Below, piece after piece: positions 29,653-38,222 of a stretch of DNA of 64,000 nucleotides. The translations under genes were made by a program, and so were the position numbers. Source of the DNA: Rubripirellula sp. (GTDB taxonomy: Bacteria; Planctomycetota; Planctomycetia; Pirellulales; Pirellulaceae); NCBI GenBank assembly GCA_965216875.1, contig OZ244207.1, forward strand, positions 3,072,001-3,136,000, read 5' to 3'. Position 1 is the first letter of the stretch, and each line of letters starts with the position of its first letter. The notes below the pieces were generated by a model. It saw only the letters and a program-made list of their open reading frames with translations, had not been told where the DNA came from and ran no database searches.

Positions 29653-30657
29653 ATGCATACCGACCAATCCAACCCGGCAGAGCCGATCGTGCCATCCCCT
29701 GACTTGCCTCCAAACCTCGGCATCCCTCAACCGCACGGGAAGCTCGACCATCCACAGGTGCGACCGACGCCTGAGGCGTCGAGCCGCAAGATAAGCGTTG
29801 CCCTAGGCGGAGGTGGCGCGAGGGGCCTCGCGCATCTGGGCGTGATGAAGGCGATCGAAGAAAGTACCTTTGAAGTCGATCACATCAGCGGCACCAGTAT
29901 CGGCGCACTAGCAGGCGCGATGGTTGCCACCCGAGCCAACCACGCAGCGGTTGAAGGCGATGTCCTCGAATTCATCGCTTCGCCGGCATTCCAGAAACGG
30001 CAAAAACAGATGGCCGGGTCGGGCCATTCTGATTCCTCGATCGTGAATCCCGCCGGTTGGATTCGCCGGCTCAGAAAGGTGATCTCCGTGCAGAAGACCA
30101 TGACGCGTGCACTGCGCGGCGTCGCCGTCTTGCCTGAGTCGACACTGCGTCACGCGATCGATTCTCTTATTCCCGACGTCAACATCGAAGACCTCGAAAC
30201 GAGCCTGAGCATCGTTGCTGTCGATATCCTGAGCGGACAGCGTGTCGTCATCACCGAGGGATCGCTGCGAAACGCAGTGCGCGCCTCCGCCTCGATCCCG
30301 GGCGTCTTCCCACCTGTCCCCTGGGACAACATGCTGCTGGCCGACATCGGTGTTTACGAGTCGATCCCAACGATCACGGCGAAGCAATATGGAAGCGACC
30401 TGACGTTAGCGGTCGACGTCTCCCACGGTGATCTCAAAATTGATGGCTGCCGAAACATCCTCGAAGTCTTCCACCGGGTTCAAGAACTGGCTGAACATCA
30501 AATCCGGCAACACGCGCTACATCACGCCGATCATGTTGTCAGGCCGACGGTTGGCCGACGCGGAAGATTCGATTTCTCGATGCCCGAACAAGTGATCGAA
30601 ATCGGGTACAAGGCGGCAACCCAAACGCTCTCTCAGGTCGCAGCAACAACTGCGTGA
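29653..30657 (+). CDS. Patatin-like phospholipase (RssA/NTE family)
   Basis: ALGGGGARGLAHLGV, nucleophile GTSIG, ASASIPGVFPP, catalytic Asp in LADIG. Confidence 0.88.
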   Translation: MHTDQSNPAEPIVPSPDLPPNLGIPQPHGKLDHPQVRPTPEASSRKISVALGGGGARGLAHLGVMKAIEESTFEVDHISGTSIGALAGAMVATRANHAAVEGDVLEFIASPAFQKRQKQMAGSGHSDSSIVNPAGWIRRLRKVISVQKTMTRALRGVAVLPESTLRHAIDSLIPDVNIEDLETSLSIVAVDILSGQRVVITEGSLRNAVRASASIPGVFPPVPWDNMLLADIGVYESIPTITAKQYGSDLTLAVDVSHGDLKIDGCRNILEVFHRVQELAEHQIRQHALHHADHVVRPTVGRRGRFDFSMPEQVIEIGYKAATQTLSQVAATTA

Positions 30658-30660
30658 ATC

Positions 30661-31518
30661 TCACCCCAGCTCAGTTGCATCTTTGGGCTTGCGAAACAAT
30701 CGTAGAGGTGCAAGCAAGTTGTCGCGCATTCGAACTCCGGTTTTCGTTACCTGGCAAACGATCACCGTCGAATCTTCTTCACGTTGATTGCTGTCGCGAA
30801 TGAGTTTGACGAGGTGATTCAAACGACTCATCGGCTCACTGTGCGGTGAATCCTGCAGTGCCTCGAGCAACTTCTGATGTCCAACGAGGTTGCCCTCGGG
30901 GAATGCCGACTGGGCAAAGCCGTTGCCATACAAAACGATAATGTCACCAATTTCGAGTTTGGCCGTAACGTAGCGGTATTCGTCGCTTGCGAAAACACCC
31001 TCGGGTGCTTCGTCCTGGGCACTCATTTCTAACTCATCCACTTGCGATTGATCACAATCGCCGTGCAACACGTCCCAGACGCGTTCCTTCGAACGGAAAA
31101 CCAAGGGTGGTGGATTGCCAATGTTGCACATCACGAAGCTTCGTGTTGGGGCGAAGTAAGTTGCAACCGATGCTGTTGCGAATCCGCCCTGCTCAGCAAA
31201 GCTGCGGAATTGGTCGCTCATCATCGTGACGACTCGGTTTTGCCAAATCGAGTTGATGTTCTTGAGGAGACCGTTCCTCATTTCACACGACAGTCGCTTG
31301 AAGACGTCGGCTGAACCGCAGATATCTGCGATCATGATTCGGGTGATTCGCCCCGAAGCACACGAAGAGATGTAATGCACCTCACCACCGCCATTCATGC
31401 AGTGGCTCGATTGCTGGCTGGACACCTGCATCGCCAAGCCTGGCATTTCATACCCAGCCTGATATGTCAAACGCCCGCCTGTCACCTCCATGCAGTTTCT
31501 GCGTTTGGTATTTTCCAT
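30661..31518 (-). CDS. SpoIIE/PP2C-family phosphatase domain protein with degenerate active site
   Basis: GGGEVHY, IADICG, FATA, CNIGNPPPL, LEIGDIIVLYGNG and EDSTVI map onto the RsbU-type PP2C motifs. Confidence 0.75.
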   Translation of the reverse strand: MENTKRRNCMEVTGGRLTYQAGYEMPGLAMQVSSQQSSHCMNGGGEVHYISSCASGRITRIMIADICGSADVFKRLSCEMRNGLLKNINSIWQNRVVTMMSDQFRSFAEQGGFATASVATYFAPTRSFVMCNIGNPPPLVFRSKERVWDVLHGDCDQSQVDELEMSAQDEAPEGVFASDEYRYVTAKLEIGDIIVLYGNGFAQSAFPEGNLVGHQKLLEALQDSPHSEPMSRLNHLVKLIRDSNQREEDSTVIVCQVTKTGVRMRDNLLAPLRLFRKPKDATELG

Positions 31519-31666
31519 TGAGTCCTCGAAAACGTGGTTTTGTTAAGACTATAGGCAGCTGACAATGGTTGGCAACTCGCCGCACCAAACACTGCGAATT
31601 ACGGGCAAAAAGGCCCCAAATCTCGTCACCGTGCCGGGTAGCAGCACCGAGCTCCAGCCCGATCCT

Positions 31667-32464
31667 TCACGCTTCCCGCTCAACTGCGGCGCCACGAAAT
31701 CGCGGTGGTAGCGGGACAAACGAGCTGGTCCGTTCGATGTAGTCCTGGTACGCCGCCGACCGTCTCGCAAGATCCTTCTCCAGTAGCGGCACACCTGAGA
31801 CCTTGCACAATAGAAACGTCATCACGATCGGACTAACAACCGTCCAACCTGTTGACCAGCTGGCCCCAATGAGGAACAGCCCCCACCAGATCAAAGCGTT
31901 GCCAAAGTAGTTGGGATGCCGCGAGTACCTCCACAAGCCCGAATCCAACACCATGGACGGCTCCGTCCGTGACGCTCGAAATCGCGTGAGTTGGTAGTCA
32001 GCAATTGACTCGAAACTGAATCCAATCGCCCAAGTCATCATCCCTAGGATTGCCACTGGACCGATTGGCTTCGATTCCAGTTGGCCTATTTGCACAGGCA
32101 ACGACACGACCAGCATCACGATCCCCTGCAGCGCGAAGACGGTGATCAAACTGACCCACCAAAACCTTGCCCCATGCTTGTCCCGCATCGCCGTGTACCG
32201 ACGATCCTCGCCCTTGCCAAGATTGCGTATCACCAAATGGGTTGAGAGCCGAAGTCCCCAAAATGTCGTCAAGACTGCAAGAATCGAAGCACGAGTTGAC
32301 TGCGGCGAAACGAAGTAAGTCGTCCAAGCGATCAACACGAAACCGGCGCCCCAGAACATATCGACAATGCTCGCATCGTTGACCTTGAGACTGATCAACC
32401 ACAGGAGGAGCATCGTGCCCAGCACGACTGCGGTATTTAAACCTAGAACTTCCAACACACTCAT
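31667..32464 (-). CDS. DUF1295 membrane protein (steroid 5-alpha-reductase-like)
   Basis: ASIVDMFWG, WGLRLS.HL..R, EDRRY, FESIADYQL, GLWRYSRHPNYFG, SGVPLLE, Y..RTSSFVP; ATGA overlap with the upstream gene. Confidence 0.9.
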   Translation of the reverse strand: MSVLEVLGLNTAVVLGTMLLLWLISLKVNDASIVDMFWGAGFVLIAWTTYFVSPQSTRASILAVLTTFWGLRLSTHLVIRNLGKGEDRRYTAMRDKHGARFWWVSLITVFALQGIVMLVVSLPVQIGQLESKPIGPVAILGMMTWAIGFSFESIADYQLTRFRASRTEPSMVLDSGLWRYSRHPNYFGNALIWWGLFLIGASWSTGWTVVSPIVMTFLLCKVSGVPLLEKDLARRSAAYQDYIERTSSFVPLPPRFRGAAVEREA

Positions 32465-33543
32465 GGTCGCATCACCGGTCGAAACAAGTAGTGGCCCACG
32501 CCCCACTGAGCTCCGCCTTCAAAACGAAACAGCTCCTCACACGCCATCACGAACATACGCCAGCGTTGCAGCATGACGGAGGAATCTCCGTCAGGACCGT
32601 GTTCTGCTGTCGCTCCACCCAGTATTCCCTTGACAAGCCGAGGGTTTGCATCGAGTCGGTCGAGCCATTGTCTGCAGGTCTTGGCATAGTGCATGCCGCT
32701 AATCCACCATTGGTCTTCCACGTTCATCGATTTGTCATATCGAGCGAAGAGATCCTTAGCTGGCATCATGCCTCCCGAAAAGAAGTGCCGTCCCATCCAG
32801 TTCTTCTGGCCCTCTGTTTCAAAGGTGTATGCGAGGTTGCGGTGGCAAAAGATATGAACGAACAGACGACCATCCGCCTTCAGCCAAGTGGCGATCCGAT
32901 CAAGCAGCGCTTCGTGATTCCGAACATGCTCGAACATCTCCACTGACATCACGCGGTCAAAGGTGCCAGCCTGCAAAACATCGTGCGCCGCGTTGTGGTC
33001 GTTCACGGCCACATCACCAACATCCGCTGTGACCACTTTCAGATTCTCCAGCCCGCGCTTGCCACTTTGGCGTTCGATCCATTCACGCTGACTGTGTGAA
33101 TTCGACAAAGCGACCACCTCGCAGTTTCGATAGTTCTCTGCAACCCAGAGCGAAAGCGATCCCCAGCCGCATCCCAGATCGAGCAAACGCATTCCGTCTT
33201 CGAGACCGGCACGCTCACAACACAATCGCAGCATCGCGTCTTCGGACTGGTCGAGCGATGTCGTCGATTCCTGCCAAAGCCCGCAACTGTATTTCAATCG
33301 GTGACCCAACATGAGTTCAAAAAACTCAGCGGGCACTTCGTAATGCTGCTCATTGGCAAGGTGCGTTTCAATCGTGGTCACACTTTGACGCATTCGATCG
33401 GCAAACTCATCGAGCGCTTGGTTGTAATCGCCGGCGGCACGCGTCTCTTCATCCGCCAAACGTTCACGCAACAAACGTCGCATTCCAAAACGAATCACCG
33501 AATCGGGTAACCAGCGTCGTTCGGCGAGTTGTATCACAGACAT
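32461..33543 (-). CDS. SAM-dependent methyltransferase, cyclopropane-fatty-acyl-phospholipid synthase-like (second copy)
   Basis: ANEQHYEVP.EFF..LG.RLKYSC, LDLGCGWGSL, SVEMFEHVRN, LFVHIFCH, WMGRHFFSGGMMP. Start at ATG 33543. Confidence 0.88.
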   Translation of the reverse strand: MSVIQLAERRWLPDSVIRFGMRRLLRERLADEETRAAGDYNQALDEFADRMRQSVTTIETHLANEQHYEVPAEFFELMLGHRLKYSCGLWQESTTSLDQSEDAMLRLCCERAGLEDGMRLLDLGCGWGSLSLWVAENYRNCEVVALSNSHSQREWIERQSGKRGLENLKVVTADVGDVAVNDHNAAHDVLQAGTFDRVMSVEMFEHVRNHEALLDRIATWLKADGRLFVHIFCHRNLAYTFETEGQKNWMGRHFFSGGMMPAKDLFARYDKSMNVEDQWWISGMHYAKTCRQWLDRLDANPRLVKGILGGATAEHGPDGDSSVMLQRWRMFVMACEELFRFEGGAQWGVGHYLFRPVMRP

Positions 33544-33548
33544 AGTTT

Positions 33549-33893
33549 CTATTCCGTAGCGATGCGTTCTGGACGAAGCAACAATGCTTCCCAAGAAAAA
33601 GTTCGGTTGGTCACGAGTATTCGAAGGACGTAGGCGGACATTGCGAAATTCCCGAGCGTCATGATCAGTACAAACCAGATCATGCGGGCACGCATCGACG
33701 TTTCGCGGTACGCCACCCAGACGTAGAAAGTCAAAAAGCCGCAATACGCGTCTGCGAGGGTGGCAGCGAACCACGGATCCGGCCACAGGCCCTCCCCAGC
33801 CCGCAAGACGTTGCGGTCAAGTGAAGCCCACGTCGTCACAACAAGCATGATGGCAAGCACTGTGAAACAAAGTGCAATCAACAAAACCTTCAC
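33549..33893 (-). CDS. DUF1475-like small membrane protein
   Basis: PWF.ATL.DAY.GF.TFYVWVAYRE...WFVLIM.LGN pattern; GTG start overlaps the cfa stop (GTGA). Confidence 0.75.
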   Translation of the reverse strand: MKVLLIALCFTVLAIMLVVTTWASLDRNVLRAGEGLWPDPWFAATLADAYCGFLTFYVWVAYRETSMRARMIWFVLIMTLGNFAMSAYVLRILVTNRTFSWEALLLRPERIATE

Positions 33894-35227
33894 CGCGCGT
33901 CTCCCAATGAAGGAAACGAGGCGGCTTGCCGGCTGCCCGCCTTTTGAAGCAGCAGTTGGCTGACGCCGATTTGCTTTTCTCGAAACGCTCCCTCGCAGTA
34001 ACACAGGTAGTAATCCCAAAGCCGCATGAACGATTCGGACATTCCCAGCTCCAAGATTTGCCGACGGTTTTCGTGGAATCGCTGACGCCAGCAGGCAAGC
34101 GTTCTCCCGTAGTGCTCGGCAAAGTCTTCGAGGTGAGCGACCTGAAAATCGGTTTTGCGTTTCATTGAACTGACCATCGCCCCCAGCGACGGCAAACAAC
34201 CGCCTGGGAAGATGTACTTCTGAATGAAATCGACACTCCGCTTGTATTGTTCAAATCGCTGGTCCGGAATGGTGATCGCCTGGATCGCGGCACATCCATC
34301 GTTCTTCAACAATGACGAGCATTTACTAAAAAAGGTGTCATAGAACTCGTGCCCGACAGCCTCAATCATCTCGATCGAAACAAGTTTGTCGAATTGACCT
34401 GTCAGATCACGGTAGTCTTCGAGCTTCAAGTCAATTCGATCTGCCAAGCCCAAAGATTCGATACGCTGTTTTGCGAATCCGAATTGTTCCTGCGAGATGG
34501 TGGTGGTGGTGATGTGGCAACCAAAATTTTTGGCTGCATGGATCGCAAAGCCACCCCAACCCGTCCCGATTTCGACCACTCGATCCGTTGGCTTGAGCTG
34601 AAGCTTGCGGCAAATTCGATCGTACTTTTCCACCGAGGCCTCTTCCATCGAACTTGATTCAGAAGGGAAGACGCCACTGGAATAGGTCATCGTAGGATCG
34701 AGAAACAAGCTGTAGAAATCATTGCTGAGGTCATAGTGAGCAGCGATGTTACGACGGCTTCCCGATCGCGTATTGCGGTTCAGGCGATGGAGCGTGCGAC
34801 GCGCGGCGTCGGCGAAGAAGTTGGCGATTCCTCCCATCTCCGATGCCGCTTCCATGTTCCGCGAGAAAACCCGAATGAGACCAACCAAGTCATCGCAGTC
34901 CCATTCACCGCGTACGTAGGACTCACCCGCTCCAATGCTTCCTCCAAACGCAACGGAAGAATAGAAGCTCTGATCGTGGACGCGTACAATCACCTCGAGG
35001 TCCGAATGAGCGTCGCCCAATCGCTGCTCCGAATTGCCGTCGACCAAAGTGATTTTGCCCTGGCGCATCCCCCTGAGCTTGGCGATCACCGCGTTTCGCG
35101 CCGTCCGTTGCAGAAAGGTCGGATGACTTTCCCGCCGATCGTCGCCATCGACAACTAGATCGAGCGGTGTCCGTCGTTGACTTTCGCTGGCATAGGCACT
35201 TGATCGGGATGAGGAAAGAACGGACAT
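33890..35227 (-). CDS. cfa: Cyclopropane-fatty-acyl-phospholipid synthase family methyltransferase
   Basis: GAGESYVRGEW, NIAAHYDLSNDFYSLFLDPTMTYSS, VEIGTGWGG, SIEMIEAVG, DFIQKYIFPGGCLPS, RLWDYYLCYCEGAF. Confidence 0.9.
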   Translation of the reverse strand: MSVLSSSRSSAYASESQRRTPLDLVVDGDDRRESHPTFLQRTARNAVIAKLRGMRQGKITLVDGNSEQRLGDAHSDLEVIVRVHDQSFYSSVAFGGSIGAGESYVRGEWDCDDLVGLIRVFSRNMEAASEMGGIANFFADAARRTLHRLNRNTRSGSRRNIAAHYDLSNDFYSLFLDPTMTYSSGVFPSESSSMEEASVEKYDRICRKLQLKPTDRVVEIGTGWGGFAIHAAKNFGCHITTTTISQEQFGFAKQRIESLGLADRIDLKLEDYRDLTGQFDKLVSIEMIEAVGHEFYDTFFSKCSSLLKNDGCAAIQAITIPDQRFEQYKRSVDFIQKYIFPGGCLPSLGAMVSSMKRKTDFQVAHLEDFAEHYGRTLACWRQRFHENRRQILELGMSESFMRLWDYYLCYCEGAFREKQIGVSQLLLQKAGSRQAASFPSLGDAR

Positions 35228-35943
35228 CTCTTAATCCAAAGTCGAAGGGCTTGAAAGTAAATCGCAGCGAGGATGTTCATTCCCGCTATGGGGCGTCGGG
35301 CAATGGATCGAACAAGCTGCCAATCCGAAAGCGGACGCCGTGTTAGAAAAAGATCTGCTTGAAAGACGCGTTCGCCTTCCTTTTCGCTGCAAAGCGACAG
35401 ATTCAATTCGTCCGATGGCTGGTTGATCAGCCAGCGATAGTTTGCATTCATGTCCATGAAGGGTGAGACATGAAACTCTTTGGCATGCAGGTATTGCCCC
35501 GGCTTGCCGTCAAGTTGGTTGCCCGACCACAACACGTAGTGATAACGTTGATTCCACGGCGTGTTACTTACCTCGGCAACGATCGCAACAACCGTTCCCG
35601 CGAGATCAAAGCAGAAGTAAAGATTGATCGGACTGAAGTAGACTCCAAAGTGCCGCAACTGCGTCAGCAAACGCACGGGGCCGGTTGCGTCGATGCCGGT
35701 CTTGCTAAGCACCAACTCGCGGACCGCCTGCTTCAAGCCAACGCTCGACTCACCAAGGTGATCGTTGCGATTGAAGGATGCAGGAGCGAATCGACGACGG
35801 CTCAACATCCAGCGGTGGTCGATCAAATCGTCGATTTCGTCGAGGTCAAGGTAGGCCCATGCCGTCGCGTATTCGAACCGGTGCCCCGGCTTTTTTCGCT
35901 CGTGTGCGACCGTTCCTCGATACAGGCAGCTTTCCATCTTCAT
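35155..35943 (-). CDS. DUF1365 family protein
   Basis: CLYRG.V.H.R..P.H.F.Y, FSPINLYFC, AEVSNTPW, K.FHVSPFM, IYFQALRLWIK..PFFPHP. Confidence 0.9.
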   Translation of the reverse strand: MKMESCLYRGTVAHERKKPGHRFEYATAWAYLDLDEIDDLIDHRWMLSRRRFAPASFNRNDHLGESSVGLKQAVRELVLSKTGIDATGPVRLLTQLRHFGVYFSPINLYFCFDLAGTVVAIVAEVSNTPWNQRYHYVLWSGNQLDGKPGQYLHAKEFHVSPFMDMNANYRWLINQPSDELNLSLCSEKEGERVFQADLFLTRRPLSDWQLVRSIARRPIAGMNILAAIYFQALRLWIKRCPFFPHPDQVPMPAKVNDGHRSI

Positions 35944-37253
35944 CGAGCCTCCACCGCATCGTTGCTCGGATGGCGGTGACAGAAAGGCTTCGGCGGGCTC
36001 GCAACCGATTCCAGGCCAAGGCCAAACTGCCGCGTGACGGCCAACGCGCTGTTGACGCCATCCTCATGAAATCCGTAGCCCCAATAGGCCCCGCAGAAGC
36101 TCGCTGAAAGCTTCCCGCTCACATCGGCGAACTGTTCTTGAGCGGCGATCGAATCCGTCGAGAAAACGGGATGCTCAAACTGAAACGTCCTGATCACTTT
36201 GCTTGGGTCGATTTCGGAAGAGGGGTTGAGGGTCAAACAGAGCGGACCAGGCAACCCAAGACTTTGAAGGCGGTTCAAGTCGTAAGTGACACTGGCCCGC
36301 CCACTTTCGGTATCAGGCACGTGATAGTTCCAACTCGCCCAAGCTCGGCTTCGCTTTGGCAAGACCGATTGATCCGTGTGCAACACCGCGTCGTTCGCTT
36401 GATACGGAAAACAAGACAGGAGCTTTCGCTCTGCGTGCGATGCATCAACAAGCAAATCGAGCGTTCGATCGGCGTGAGTCGCAAAGACGACGTGATCAAA
36501 TTCCGTTTCGGATCCATCCTCAGTCAACACCAACGCTCCGTGCGGCGTCCTACGAACCGCTTCCACGCCACAGTTCAAATGGACCTGGTCGCGAATCGGC
36601 CCGATCAACTTCTCAACATACGCTTGCGACCTACCAGCGATGGTCAACCACTGAGGTCGATCGCGAAGCTGCAACAAGCCGTGGTTGCGAAAGAAACCAA
36701 GAATGAACTTTGCTGGGAAGGCGGCGATGCATTGCGGATCAGCTGACCAAATCGCCGCGGACATTGGCCGCAAATAGTATTTGAGAAACCAATCCCCGAA
36801 ACCATGCCGTTCAAGGAACTCACCCAGCAACATCGAGTGCTCGCCGTCAGTTCCGTAGGCCGACGCGACCCGATTGAACTTGAGGATGTCAGCGAGCATA
36901 CGGTGAAAGGCGGGACGGAACACATTGCTCCGCTGAGCGTACAGGCCGTTCAAAGAACTGCCTTGGAACTCAAGTCCGCTCGCAAGACATCGAACGCTTA
37001 AACTCATGTCCGACTCTTGCGTCGGCACGCCGAGCATTTCGAGCAAACGACAGAAGTTTGGATAGGTTCGCCGATTCAGCACCATGAACGCGACATCGGC
37101 AGTGACGGCATGGCCGTAGGCTTCCACCTCGACACTGAATGCATGACCGCCTGCGTGAGAAGCCGATTCAAAGATCTCAACGTCATGCTGCGATGAGAGA
37201 ATGCGGGCTGCAACGTTGCCGGAAATCCCAGATCCGATGATGGCGATTCGCAT
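35940..37253 (-). CDS. FAD-dependent oxidoreductase (flavin amine-oxidase/desaturase-like)
   Basis: MRIAIIGSGISG Rossmann motif, GGHA, F.VLN..TYPNF, WASWNY, FCGAYWGYGFHEDGVNSA. Start at ATG 37253. Confidence 0.9.
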   Translation of the reverse strand: MRIAIIGSGISGNVAARILSSQHDVEIFESASHAGGHAFSVEVEAYGHAVTADVAFMVLNRRTYPNFCRLLEMLGVPTQESDMSLSVRCLASGLEFQGSSLNGLYAQRSNVFRPAFHRMLADILKFNRVASAYGTDGEHSMLLGEFLERHGFGDWFLKYYLRPMSAAIWSADPQCIAAFPAKFILGFFRNHGLLQLRDRPQWLTIAGRSQAYVEKLIGPIRDQVHLNCGVEAVRRTPHGALVLTEDGSETEFDHVVFATHADRTLDLLVDASHAERKLLSCFPYQANDAVLHTDQSVLPKRSRAWASWNYHVPDTESGRASVTYDLNRLQSLGLPGPLCLTLNPSSEIDPSKVIRTFQFEHPVFSTDSIAAQEQFADVSGKLSASFCGAYWGYGFHEDGVNSALAVTRQFGLGLESVASPPKPFCHRHPSNDAVEAR

Positions 37254-37457
37254 TGATTGTAGGGTCTGTCTTTTCTTTGCCGAATGCGTGGAGCCGTGTC
37301 GCAGTCGTTGCGAATCGCCCAACATTTCCAAAATGTGTGTTACGTAAGGAAGGTTATTGCGGAGGCAACCCCCGGCCTCGACACGACGAAAATGCAGAGG
37401 GCGCGGCCGTTGTGTAGAATCGTGAGTTCGCCATTATCTCCTATCGCGGTGGGCAAC

Positions 37458-38222
37458 ATGCGTACAGAACCAACGGTCCTTGGGCCCAACTGGGCCAAAA
37501 CCACACTTGGGGCCGTCCTTGCGCTGGTCATCCTTTCAACGGGCTGTAAAAAGCCGGACGAAGAAGAGAAAGACCCGGTCAAACGACGCGAGGCCCAACT
37601 CTTCGCGCAACGTGAAGCTGCCAAGACCTACTTGAAAAACGACGGTTCAGTCGATTGGCAAAAACGCGTGAAAGCTGCAAACGAAGAGCTGGAAAAGGCT
37701 GAGTCGGATCGCCGCTGGGGTCGCCACGAACAAGCACTCGAGCACGCCCTCGAAGCCGCCCGCCTGATGCCTCCCAACAGCAAAGATTTTGACGACGCAA
37801 AAAGCGAAGCCGCAACAAGCGAGGGTGGTTCAGACGGGTCGGGATCTGGATCAGAACAGCCGACCAAAGGCAATGCTCAACCGGGTGGAAAGGACCAACC
37901 GGGTGGCAAAGGCAACCAAAGTTCCAACGAACAGGGCGCCTCGGGCGGTCTTCAAGGTGGCGGAAACTCGAACGAGAAAGGCGGCGGTCGTGCCGGCCAG
38001 CCTGCGGGCGGAGGACGGTCGCCGTCAGGCGGCACAGCTTCGGCTGGTGACTCAACTGGCGGATCAACGACCAATGGCGGCGGCAGCGAAGGTGGAGTCA
38101 CCAACGAAGAGGTCGCCCAGCTTCGTGCCCAACTCGATGCCATGCTTCAATCGCTCGACGGCAAAGCAGGATCGGCGGGTGCAAATTTGAACATGGTCGA
38201 AGACGCGATCGAGATTCGCTAG
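37458..38222 (+). CDS. Putative lipoprotein with Gly/Ser-rich linker
   Basis: Hydrophobic stretch and lipobox ILSTG-C; helical TPR-like segment; long G/S/Q-rich region; stop abuts the next ATG. Confidence 0.7.
   Translation: MRTEPTVLGPNWAKTTLGAVLALVILSTGCKKPDEEEKDPVKRREAQLFAQREAAKTYLKNDGSVDWQKRVKAANEELEKAESDRRWGRHEQALEHALEAARLMPPNSKDFDDAKSEAATSEGGSDGSGSGSEQPTKGNAQPGGKDQPGGKGNQSSNEQGASGGLQGGGNSNEKGGGRAGQPAGGGRSPSGGTASAGDSTGGSTTNGGGSEGGVTNEEVAQLRAQLDAMLQSLDGKAGSAGANLNMVEDAIEIR

Noticed and set aside
33890..37253. Ladderane lipid biosynthesis cluster
   Set aside because: No radical-SAM or fab genes and no anammox markers are present; the gene set matches the widespread Cfa/DUF1365 cluster.
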